Part shown: positions 58,401-64,000 of the stretch, piece after piece | Layout of the letters: every line of letters begins with the position of its first letter | Numbering within the stretch: the first letter of the stretch is position 1 | IMG/VR virus record: IMGVR_UViG_3300044712_000786 | Coordinates: 1 to 64,000 of that record | From: a virus | Lineage: Duplodnaviria > Caudoviricetes | Direction: 5' to 3' (one strand) | Length of the DNA: 64,000 bases | The notes under the pieces: generated by a model | The model's input: the letters and a program-made list of their open reading frames with translations, nothing else | Told to the model about the DNA's origin: nothing | Database searches by the model: none | Translations under genes and position numbers: made by a program

Positions 58401-59213
58401 ATTAGAATGGAAAGGGAAGAGAATCTATTAAACTACATAACAGATAAACAAGATTTTCAAAAAGCCCAAGACAAGGCTCAGAAACAGTATAAGGAAGGTC
58501 TATGGTGGAGCTTTGGAACATCTTTAGCTGGCGCTGCTGGCAATACTTGGGCAGCGGGAGCTAAACCTAATACTTTAGGTGGCAAAGACTTTAAGGGAGC
58601 TTATGATACCTCTACTTCGGCTGAAGGCGCTGATTGGTCTAATCCCGGCTTTGAATACGAAAGATTCCAGTGGGATAGTAGTGTATCTCGCAGACCCCTA
58701 ACCCGTAATTCGGGAGGTTCTATCAATTCTAAGACAGCTTTATTAACTGGGGGCGAATATGTTATGTCGCCTGCTACTGTAAGCCGCCTAGGGGTGTCTA
58801 GAATGAATACCTTGAACGCTGGACACGTTCCCACTTTCGCTCTAGGAGGGCTTATGGGCTCTTCTAACGCTGGAAGCTCTCCAGACTCACTTAAGGAGTC
58901 TATAGACAAGCTAGTAGCCGTTTCCCAAGAGATACGGGGCACCCTAGAGGGTAAGGATACTAAAACGGGTAATAAAGATTCGGCACCCGCTATATCCAAT
59001 AACGTTAATATAACTATTTCTGTTACTCAGACTGGAAAAGTCAACTCAGACACTCAAGTTTCGTCTGGTGCAGGGGCTTCCGAGAAGGAAGACAAGAATA
59101 AGAAGCAGGACGAATACAAGAAACTTGGTATGATGATTGAAAACAAGGTCTTGGAAGTTATTGTTCAGGAGCAGAGACCGGGGGGTCTGCTTTATGATTC
59201 CGAATCTCGTTAA
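46479..59213 (+). CDS. Giant tape measure protein (TP901-type N-terminus) carrying a polyvalent effector-like cassette array
   Basis: N-terminal TP901-family pattern (FNIAKTTGQSFDEVSKAALEFSRQG...GGSVIGNAYKTIFTRL); C-terminal GG..G.G...D...A.L..GEYV motifs; internal motif-delimited domains. Confidence 0.9.
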   Translation: MNLDGKLVIGADVTPALNEIVRMAGKLPPFKIRVDTRNFPLGSMAKSADQFAQSIQAANQRVLAFGASAGTIYAIEKAFRFLVSSTIEVEKRLTEINVILGASSSNLKQFSNELFNIAKTTGQSFDEVSKAALEFSRQGLGVTETLKRTRDALILTRQTGIDVGEAVSAITATLNSFTKAAYDSTTVINKLAKVDQNFAVSAGDLVEAIKRVGSSAEDAGVSLDELIAMVTSAQQITARGGSVIGNAYKTIFTRLQRPEVLNQLEEIGVAVRDNSNAILPAIKILENFSKSYDNLNQSQKSAATELVGSVYQINVLKAGLKDLGSSYSFYERALNDSASATDEAILRNEKMNKSIAAMVNSTKESWKQLSADIGEQAIGPAIKRALGAFDFAAGGLSELFSKNKGSGEQSVNIGKDIGQGILKGLSQFIEGPGLALVGLVMFRFAKTFTKFAIDSAKVVGELNKNIENRAILESEIATVLAQQPKIYERLLSGEITREQAEREVLTIIRNQNAALDIQKGIITSMGTSISTRGAAAVTRDKKVVVAASRGYIPNFANPVLTERAGAYKAGYVPGKVKLFENKVINDAERVIPPSNLKNLGSTANTSAIVPPLASPAGQVYKAAFKTMSGVDLATGQKGFMYGRNYFQREWIKSTAKNRKLSVNDPDVIMTLGKEFANKYGTKQGFLAVNKGFVPNFAQYQYPTIAAIRKQRPQLGDILKNAPTVWGQATGQRFLNHDLTGDKIPISYRDNINLGDMMNNILAKGKFRASEGFVPSFASFKEYKGIGLTARVPDSEILDPEAASKFAQKLSLDGNVSTLLKVIRKVAPKSPALEDNSLKFEVNSGLRFGNDFKASGLYQSDNDTISISSSARSQTLAHEMGHMVDISSFSDFYKQSGFSRKKLINALRRDQIKFKSRPYLMTGAFDGDMVRDMLMMYRSPDKRNKEAIADIFADSGRIFNPKMEDYSHKKYLTTGEAPKMIRKGIKKILGLKSSGFIPNFGPIKDPYKVNPIYHVLETIRKSSGSDYQNNWGEPINYDERQEENKRLIASVKSIGFAGYGIKSDNKDYQIGSMFAPYAITTGYEEKEVAKYIPMDKLKAAGLSERRIYKMLFKGDRLSSRFQQYNDPFSIESSQAKIRRAKEGIAVKKASGNTINLNAATYLASRMKENSQDKWAQQNAISEALNTIVPYPELQSEKQEGKVVKQYLSSGDNKYKRGSLKETKEKLMQYFGIKVNKTDAAGMLSEKRLLRSLGLASRGSPTLAEDRGLELNDYKNNQQRRITVSSKIGQYRKELEIASLVDNPISPAMSLDDYRRYILTHGATPTTPFSRVITQLQRASAKEDKGDRKTNLEYALRSIAGGSVSSTATIRNLPRLNKIFPELKLTNKEIIRAFKNSTYGKIFRPAEQKPSILGQTMESLKAFKGFRSTQAKARLGRGEVKGVTQDMFNSDITPYASFSIIQRETPKNIQDILFNLEKSFADRVSQSKLLFRGSSIIEPMLVNLLGSFTSLGGRTDEKRIRSYLTSSIVKSASYGLSSPIGDKKGVVSIYSRPILENLGLLQSGLVPSNEQANSVVAERLHRKALMGVLNLENGRLLKPKDFMSSVRDIEIPEELIQFNRGLNELASGSIINRASPKITSTPMGGVMNLYRKVETSGMTPRQKDFRGPKTPLPFEDIKGWDSERMVKYLRSSLGDTERGVAPFGSEHSSYFDLRYMSFTDRKMRKDIAEGRVSLQDYSSIIFQRKVPVQELVTPENLGDIMTSGEATKKKIFDRGVFFDLPRFRDKFGISEHTSEREYPFLTTAPAGKVSNFGKIFGLSRSKGYVPNFAYIPGISQLAGRLLTNITHTESYGLKERMDSIKQLKLKDYIGALVKDIPTPAASPKGEVWNTYDRDILFRSVFKLPHRVLMPENQDFLKSRKLVKTSDSTYRLTNKGRILSNALQSLSQGKYAPQPNNPNELYILGQNKTMGGFDFTINKDQNKVGYHDLWDFAKNPWEKFDFKGALSFAGQYAKSVVKNRSFGMTDELRSHPFVAEDNSMYRQSPASMLARMAISPFARPVRVQDSFSPLSKEKVERLQKLKSSSSYGSKRHKVYNQALTDDSLVKQLLELAKNPPPSVGIMNKGFVPNFVLPNKGFLGSPFPFEDFRKLKTLEEQYKFIKSEFPKVGLANHPIGEGSSRAVYGIGGNMVLKMVKDTKHIIDGYKSHPLNEAIRQKVLLKGFAQNQTEGSQMFAGFRDIVPYNYEVDDRFKYIIAERAAAMTQANAVKFGYPSVSDALYEPRFRRRLTSLYKTGVIPDEGSKNFGFIRRGGENRPALIDYGLDTQTAKNLYGFTGQDFISKGLIPNFAIEFKDRKRIYKTGFGGDTEFLEKVLSKISPDTSLLQATIHGSRDELLQRVTPAELEEILALKNIPINKDTIAHINIVKTRFGNLPHTFGIQQKLSGSTAPLVVVPSFPDPVINAETGLGTKEGRGTLINTILTRNPRGEGIVRPSVDRFGQIMKILQDKWGNTTEVIGLERARQMFGLNAKRKASGFIPNFADPLKLAIAREIAAGVPASLIKVENHASLKSANNPLGLAVTNKRDEPNGVSQGISRAIREGANPKTYGSGRVPNFADQPRILTGLKGILQSNPATDANFNQGVRDEILEKAKTLVLKMKDSQVPIGELGVQADKAVKQFTKMVAGLTKSQEMIDSFSKSISYWKRENQKNRPSTPLKNQADIGAGLAAQNALEAELQAKRQAQEERTQKRRLDAQSFKEKTITSTVGRINQGEFIPNIRKPILADERVSGALKNQAISVVSDGGFVLSGDRKKYYDWLAKNDKQAFRGAKQMRNANLQNRAFGVSFGASMVGGLASQFIGDATQERRGYSKAVEGGANTLAMGALGFQVAGPAGALALGAVSGWGAVTDTIKAFNDTLPDLQKNLEAVTERSTRTSDAFSKFIQTSEQINSILLSPKPGAARELQRLRTQQSSALADIPDRDSFGKSARQDLLDAFKTGDVNKQIEISERVAKRIGTEKTAAELETGFAEYLDKNKKINSEGFSRIDSFERTLRSSVNKQGLTFDQFLATNPGSLDYIKSSGSAEQMDSRLRELINKFDPSFNTSFSGALNKLFTEEGPLKQNAYKRVFSGATNEQLDSERKALELMNRNQVESAKYIESFGNQVFLTKEKFRSFTDDIVASMERFNANLQAANERIDIFGKGLIDLNEPSLRPEGQLNISQGFRDIQTKAQAQSQFSLIQKQFESAMSAALTKAETQRFDAFEKLMGEKAGVLSGAQQVSNAAYTNVLSGGDLLQKLNNINNRTEVTGGLSEINKINQESIRNTLEEFNKIAREKDSSITALIDTTANKLAALDLTKTLETSRLNLNQKLNYGGGLSEILNGNIKAQMVQLGTSANVANTLRNSTAPGEVAYQRAEILKKFNVEVPESLRKELFTESKKNLTQAGFSIPDEVIQKQIDSTFPKSDPEREAKIIKAMEEMAKLSLAAVNEESLIKQTELSIATQTQINTKNISDGIAQILKDGLKVSESKNTKDSPAPSSFEMPMSWDMPANPMLKYDIGSVSKSIKSKEEEFKKIEDNPVMTVMQREGWSPFAEAKPKKLYTFSDLREMERLQGEIDKDKTTLAKIKLDAARNQISIPFGMSQDWEDSKPSKITPNIGTTKANLGYYGGMAYDLPMPMTPSLPVYNNKNIITLAEIKAKQINAANEKNFGDVIREGPLPISTTDPTARPQAKNTRYAAELRQRIELDAATKDYIASTKELTEAMYGAVGGFTTFNDTIISTQKTLIDFAGSVKEGFHDLIGLAIRGTGDIEERFREMFEEILNKAATNMASSGLDFVFSQVTKGIGVESLFKNKGGYIPRFSEGGVVRGGSGTKDDVLAQLSGGEYVINRSAAEKIGYKNLEAINKGGSSGGPSNWDAFGAAGGADSFINQRSSGITAHLQNAYRYNDPRQPTAGEVVVDPRLSIQALTDMDNPQSRIRMEREENLLNYITDKQDFQKAQDKAQKQYKEGLWWSFGTSLAGAAGNTWAAGAKPNTLGGKDFKGAYDTSTSAEGADWSNPGFEYERFQWDSSVSRRPLTRNSGGSINSKTALLTGGEYVMSPATVSRLGVSRMNTLNAGHVPTFALGGLMGSSNAGSSPDSLKESIDKLVAVSQEIRGTLEGKDTKTGNKDSAPAISNNVNITISVTQTGKVNSDTQVSSGAGASEKEDKNKKQDEYKKLGMMIENKVLEVIVQEQRPGGLLYDSESR
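48126..54311 (+). repeat. Nine dispersed G-[FYLR]-[IV]-P-[NS]-F linker motifs within TMP
   Basis: Motifs start at 48126, 48549, 48789, 49458, 51939, 52842, 53493, 54069 and 54294. Related copies at 58035 (GYIPRF) and 58821 (GHVPTF). Confidence 0.9.
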
Positions 59214-60072
59214 TCTGTTCTCTTAAGCTGATAATCTCACGCTCAAGCATGTTAATAGCCTGATTATAAACAACATCTATAGTCAGGCTGTTTTGCATCA
59301 TCATAGGAAGCTCTAAAACGGGGGTAAAATCTCTCGAAATTGAATAGGGAGCCCTATTTACTAAATTTGGGTATAGCGTATTAAGAACAAGCTTCCATTT
59401 TTTAACAGATAGCTTGCCCGAAGATAGCCCTTCTTGGATAGGGTTACTTACTATAATAGTAGAAGTGTTATCCTGAGAGCTTAAGGAGGATACTTCGCGC
59501 TCTAATACGAGGGCTTCATCTAAAACGCTAAAGCTAATATCGAATACAGCCCCCTCTCCAGAGCCCCCCTTCATTTTACATTCTCCTTCAGGCGCTTTAA
59601 TATACAAACCTCTATTCTTTACCCCTATACGAGATATTACCCCACCTTCTTTGATGTTGGTAACGATTATCTTAGTAGAAAGATACTCCCCCTCTTTTAC
59701 GTCAAGGGAGGGTATGCCAGCATCTACGCTCAAAATATCCCCTACTTTATATCCAGAACCATTGTTAAGAATAGCGGTAACTATGTCCATTTCATACTGC
59801 GGGAAACTTAGAAAAATAGAATCCCCATATTGAAGCTTTGGAATGACATCTTCAGCTATGGAAATACATTTAGAATCTACTACCTTGAAATCCCAAGCTA
59901 ACTCTTCCTTTGAAGCGAAGTTAATGACATAGAAAGCATTCTCTTTATTGACCCGTAAATAGCTGCCTTCTCTGACCTTAGATAGGTCATCTAGGGTACA
60001 ACAATACGCTTCATTAGTATTGTTTTTAATCGAAAGAGAACTTCCGTTAAACAAACTTCGTGGATTAATCAT
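59158..60072 (-). CDS. Virion structural protein (baseplate/tail-associated)
   Basis: NNGSGYKVGDILSV...GGSGEGAVFD motif common in phage structural proteins; C-terminal coiled coil. Confidence 0.45.
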   Translation of the reverse strand: MINPRSLFNGSSLSIKNNTNEAYCCTLDDLSKVREGSYLRVNKENAFYVINFASKEELAWDFKVVDSKCISIAEDVIPKLQYGDSIFLSFPQYEMDIVTAILNNGSGYKVGDILSVDAGIPSLDVKEGEYLSTKIIVTNIKEGGVISRIGVKNRGLYIKAPEGECKMKGGSGEGAVFDISFSVLDEALVLEREVSSLSSQDNTSTIIVSNPIQEGLSSGKLSVKKWKLVLNTLYPNLVNRAPYSISRDFTPVLELPMMMQNSLTIDVVYNQAINMLEREIISLREQINEIRNHKADPPVSAPEQ

Positions 60073-60074
60073 TT

Positions 60075-62612
60075 TTAGCTATAAACGATAGGAATTAAAG
60101 GAACGTAAGTCCAAGCGGGAACGTTATTGTCTAGTCCCCCGCCTACGCCCGTAGAAGTATAACCCGTGCATACAAACAAATGAACGATAGAACCAGTCAT
60201 ACCCATGTCTGGATTACCAGTGCCTACGGTTACCATACCGGGGTATCCCGGTCTATAACCACGAGCCTTACTAGGGGTATACATGTTATTCTGAAGAACT
60301 AAAGCCCCACTTCTAACCCATACGTTTCCAGAAGCAAAGAAATTGACCGAGTTATCCCAAGTAGGAGACTTGGCATAAGTAGAAGCGTCTGCGATAACAC
60401 TCGCCCCGCTCTTAGTAGTAATGTTATGACCAAAAGCCAAGGAAGAATTAGCAGCCGTATTTTTTGTTCCACCTAGGACTAATCCGTAATCGCTAGAAAC
60501 AGTGTTGCCAGTTCCATTAAGAACTGTTCCATAATTAGCTGCGGAGACGGTATTGCCTCGACCATTACCGATGAATGAAAATGTAGAGCTAGAACTTACC
60601 GTTTGTCTTGTTCCATGAACAATAACCGAATACTGGGCGGAAGTAATTTGATTTAGCTTACCGTTTAAGATGACATCCATATGGTCACCAACGGGAGTAT
60701 CAATAGAGTTTCCAGAGCCATTACCTATCAACGAAAAATTACTATAGCAGAAATTAGTAACACCATTGCCAATGGTAGCATAATTAGCAGCGGTTGCTCC
60801 GCAATTAACGCCATTTGCTTCAGTATAATTACATTGAAGAATAACTACTCCAGAACCAAAAGACTGACAAAATGAGCCATCGCTTGTGCTGTTTTCCGCG
60901 CCTCCTAAAATCGTAGAATAATTATTTGAACTAATGGAGTTACTATAACCTCCAGCGGAAGAATAATCGCTGCTCGTAACATGGTTATCGAATCCAAAAA
61001 TAATAGAGCTATAGCTACTATCAACCGTATTACTATAACCTCCTAAAATTGTGCTGTATAGCTTCAAGGTTTTAATAGTATTACTACGTCCCCCGAGAAT
61101 TCCCCCGTAAGCTCCAGAATTAGTATTGCTGCGCCCACCAGCTATAACGCCATAAGTCGCGTCTAGATTATTATCGTTTCCTCCCCCGATAAAACTAGCT
61201 GATGAATTTATCTTGTTAGTATCTCCACCAGCAATAACGGAATTAGTAGCCTTTAGTAAATTAGCTTGCCCCCCACCCACAACCGAATATGTTCCGCTAC
61301 AAATGTTATTCAATCCCCCCAGCAGAGAAGAGAATCCTAGCAAACAAGAATTGCCTAATCCTCCACCAATAGTAACATACAAATCGGCGGCTGTTCTTCC
61401 AGCTACATTAGTAGCTCCACCCACAATACAGCTATAAGTGCTAGCAATAGTATTGCTTTCCCCACCTAAAGAGCAAGATTTAGCTCCACTTATTCTATTG
61501 GATAAGCCACCTACAATACATGAATCGGTAGCACCCGCTACGATAATGTTACTGGTTCCCCCCGCAATAACGCTAGAATCGCTCAGAACAGAGTTTTTAA
61601 ATCCCCCACCAATAGAAGCTCCGTCTGCATTTTGAAGTAAATTACCAGTTCCACCTACGCAAGAGCTATAATCAGAACCGCTGATAGTATTTGTAAATCC
61701 AGCTAAGCTAGCTACATATTTGCTTAACTTAACTGAGTTAGAGCTTCCCCCTAATATTAATGCTCCAGTAGCTCTATTAACATCTGAGTTCGTAGAAGAT
61801 ACAATAGAAGAATTAATTGCAGAAATTAAGTCGGAGTTATCTGAACCTATGACAGTAGAATAATTAGTTCCAGATACCATTGTATTAGTGCTGCCCACTA
61901 GAGAACATCCAGCCCCGCCAGTAACAGAATTATAATTACCTCCCAAAATTGAGCTATTAAGCGAGTCGGTAATCTGACTATAACCGCCCATAATAGTGCT
62001 CTGGTCCGAATTAACAATGGTGTTGCTATAACCTCCAATAAGAATTGAGTAGTCTCCAGAAGTTATTGAGCTTGCTTCGTTGGCTATAATAGAGGCATTA
62101 GTAGAAGCATGAATATTAGCGCTGCGAGACGAAATAACGGATGATAAAGTCGAATTTCCAGTAATATTACCCTGTCTGCTTCCTCCAATTATAGAATTAG
62201 AACCATAAATCGTATTGGTAAAGCCGCCTAGAACAATATTATTATTTCCAGAAATCGCCTGTTGATTTCCTCCTATAATATTACTGTATTGCCCAGTAAT
62301 CTTATTAGACCTAACCTGACCCACTACAAGACTTTCGAATAAACCAGTAGTATCAGCGGCACTAAAAACCGTGCCAGCCCCAGTCACCATTAAATTGCCG
62401 CTAAATATCCTCAGGGCTCCGTATCTCTCGCCAAAAAGACCATTCATCCCAACGGAGTTATTTAAAGAAATAAATAATCCAGAATGCAGGGCGCTCAAGA
62501 AGACGCTAGTCAAATCTACGCCATAACTAACCCCGCCCTTGTTAACGAATATTGTATCCGCTAAAGCTGGATTAGTAACCGTTGTCAATTGTGATACTTT
62601 TTTATCTGCCAT
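60075..62612 (-). CDS. Trimeric fibre/adhesin with ~15-aa GGxxN beta-roll repeats
   Basis: N-terminal MADKKVSQL fibre anchor; long run of S.I.GG..N repeats (about 60440-62300), YadA-head-like. Confidence 0.65.
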   Translation of the reverse strand: MADKKVSQLTTVTNPALADTIFVNKGGVSYGVDLTSVFLSALHSGLFISLNNSVGMNGLFGERYGALRIFSGNLMVTGAGTVFSAADTTGLFESLVVGQVRSNKITGQYSNIIGGNQQAISGNNNIVLGGFTNTIYGSNSIIGGSRQGNITGNSTLSSVISSRSANIHASTNASIIANEASSITSGDYSILIGGYSNTIVNSDQSTIMGGYSQITDSLNSSILGGNYNSVTGGAGCSLVGSTNTMVSGTNYSTVIGSDNSDLISAINSSIVSSTNSDVNRATGALILGGSSNSVKLSKYVASLAGFTNTISGSDYSSCVGGTGNLLQNADGASIGGGFKNSVLSDSSVIAGGTSNIIVAGATDSCIVGGLSNRISGAKSCSLGGESNTIASTYSCIVGGATNVAGRTAADLYVTIGGGLGNSCLLGFSSLLGGLNNICSGTYSVVGGGQANLLKATNSVIAGGDTNKINSSASFIGGGNDNNLDATYGVIAGGRSNTNSGAYGGILGGRSNTIKTLKLYSTILGGYSNTVDSSYSSIIFGFDNHVTSSDYSSAGGYSNSISSNNYSTILGGAENSTSDGSFCQSFGSGVVILQCNYTEANGVNCGATAANYATIGNGVTNFCYSNFSLIGNGSGNSIDTPVGDHMDVILNGKLNQITSAQYSVIVHGTRQTVSSSSTFSFIGNGRGNTVSAANYGTVLNGTGNTVSSDYGLVLGGTKNTAANSSLAFGHNITTKSGASVIADASTYAKSPTWDNSVNFFASGNVWVRSGALVLQNNMYTPSKARGYRPGYPGMVTVGTGNPDMGMTGSIVHLFVCTGYTSTGVGGGLDNNVPAWTYVPLIPIVYS

Positions 62613-62627
62613 ATACCTTAAAGTAGT

Positions 62628-62633
62628 TTACAC
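62628..62633 (-). promoter_or_regulatory. GTGTAA putative late promoter
   Basis: TTACAC on the + strand, 15 nt upstream of the ATG at 62612; overlaps the TAG of the upstream gene. Confidence 0.6.
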
Positions 62634-63943
62634 TAATAAATGAATCGTCGGGCGCTCTCTAATAGAATTCTATCCCCGTTTTCAAACAATAAATAGCCTG
62701 TTTCTGCTAATGCATCGAATTGTAGCAAATTAACATAAGCTGAAGAATTGAGTCCCAAAACACCGCTAATAAATAACCCCTTGGATAAGTCTTGAGGGTC
62801 TATTTCTGTTTCAAAATCGAATCTAGCTGTTTTATTAGCTCCGATTCCGTCTCTAAATGACACGCTATTTAATTTCGACTTTCTAAAAGCATAAACTACC
62901 TTTAAACTGTTCCTGTTACTACCACTTATGTCTATATTAAAATGATTATCATTGGCAAAAAACGAACCAATGGAGCCAGTTACTACATCATTTATCATCG
63001 CCTCAAAAGACAGGTTGACAAACACTGGTAAATTAATAACCCTATCCATGGGAGCCGTATACCCTAAATTAGTCAACGGTAACCTATTTAAGTCCATAGA
63101 CCATTCATAGGATTGTAATGACATAGAGCTAGAAGTAGTACCCAAATAACTATCTAATCCCGAGATATTTACCTTAATGTCTCCCGGTAATATAACGCTG
63201 GCGTAATTTCCAGAATCGAACATCGAAGGCAGAGAAAATCTTTGTTGAGCCCCTGAATAAGTTCTAGGGTCAATAGCGGGGACCATAATATTATCTGCCC
63301 CGCTGTTATAAGACATGTGTTCAGCTATATAAGAAACGGTGGTTTGAGGAAAAGCCCCCACCGAAGCAGAAGTTCTATAGGAAGTAAGATAACAATTACC
63401 AAAACCCAATGTATCGACATCACTTCTTCCGCTCACTCCATAAACATCCGTATTTAAATCTTGATTATCGCGAGCAATGCCCACAAAAATATTCCTACAA
63501 TCTCTATATCTCTTAGGCCAGCCCAGAGAACTATCAGAGCCGTCTTGTCTAGTTAGAAAACCAGATATAAGACATACGTTGTAATTATCTGGAAACGCCT
63601 GTCCACTATCATAATGGTTAATATAAAATCCCATCCTAACTTCATTAATAGGGTTGAAGTTAAGATAAGAGAAGCTAAGGCTAACACTGGGCGGCTCTAT
63701 CATTACGTTAGCAGCCGTTCCCATTTTTCCTAAAGAATAAACCTTTGTCCTTGCGGCGGAAATACTATAATCAAATGAGTTAATCCTATGTAATGGAAAG
63801 ACTAAGTTCTGATAATCTCCGCTAAGTAAACCATTATTACCAGTGCAAAACACCCCATAGTTATCCATGATATGGTAACCAGTGGCAGGAGCAGGGCCTA
63901 TAAAGACGCCCTGAACATTATAAATGATTCTATTCCTTGGCAT
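62633..63943 (-). CDS. Paralogue of the major tail tube protein
   Basis: MPRNRIIYNVQGVFIG vs MARNRVIYQSEGVFVG; GFGNCYLTSY vs GFGNGYLSSY; KGLFISG shared. Confidence 0.75.
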   Translation of the reverse strand: MPRNRIIYNVQGVFIGPAPATGYHIMDNYGVFCTGNNGLLSGDYQNLVFPLHRINSFDYSISAARTKVYSLGKMGTAANVMIEPPSVSLSFSYLNFNPINEVRMGFYINHYDSGQAFPDNYNVCLISGFLTRQDGSDSSLGWPKRYRDCRNIFVGIARDNQDLNTDVYGVSGRSDVDTLGFGNCYLTSYRTSASVGAFPQTTVSYIAEHMSYNSGADNIMVPAIDPRTYSGAQQRFSLPSMFDSGNYASVILPGDIKVNISGLDSYLGTTSSSMSLQSYEWSMDLNRLPLTNLGYTAPMDRVINLPVFVNLSFEAMINDVVTGSIGSFFANDNHFNIDISGSNRNSLKVVYAFRKSKLNSVSFRDGIGANKTARFDFETEIDPQDLSKGLFISGVLGLNSSAYVNLLQFDALAETGYLLFENGDRILLESARRFIY

Positions 63944-63998
63944 CTATTTGACTTGCAAAAAGAATAGATGCTAGATACCCATCTAATTGATGTTCTTC
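63930..63998 (-). CDS. Possible 3' end of an upstream gene (partial)
   Basis: Open frame EEHQLDGYLASILFASQIDAKE* from the window edge, overlapping the ATG at 63943. Confidence 0.3.
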   Translation of the reverse strand, partial: EEHQLDGYLASILFASQIDAKE

Positions 63999-64000
63999 GG

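Noticed and set aside
1-64000. Stop-codon reassignment (alternative genetic code)
   Set aside because: Standard code 11 gives near-complete tiling with intact long ORFs; TAA, TAG and TGA all end genes.
1-64000. tRNA, rRNA, integrase, portal, terminase, tail sheath
   Set aside because: None recognised; intergenic gaps are too short for tRNAs apart from 28803-28897 and 29288-29384, which lack cloverleaf features.

Overview
AT-rich, gene-dense segment of a large tailed dsDNA phage genome. It looks siphovirus-like: lambda M/L/K/I/J tail-tip homologues, a TP901-type tape measure, and no sheath gene seen. The host cannot be determined from this window. Left to right: (1) the end of a replication/modification module (partial DnaE-type polymerase, Whirly-like SSB, two glycosyltransferase genes, Rad52/Sak-like annealing protein); (2) minus-strand tail-tube-fold paralogues; (3) the tail tip and fibres; (4) a head operon (protease/scaffold, decoration protein, major capsid protein); (5) a free-standing LAGLIDADG endonuclease; (6) a block of repeat-rich fibre/adhesin genes and a tailspike; (7) neck, tail tube and chaperones; (8) a 4244-aa tape measure protein; (9) three minus-strand structural genes. 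The standout feature is the tape measure protein. About 2060 aa of its middle is a chain of unrelated cassettes, each bounded by a recurring G-[FYL]-[IV]-P-[NS]-F motif. The cassettes include a zincin metallopeptidase, one clear and one probable ADP-ribosyltransferase fold, a protein-kinase-like domain and several unknown domains, suggesting an injected, modular effector payload. A GTGTAA motif marks most late transcription-unit starts, and one of these leads into a switch-like terminator/antiterminator leader. No tRNA, CRISPR array, reverse transcriptase, integrase, portal or terminase was seen. All product calls come from motif recognition by eye, not database searches.
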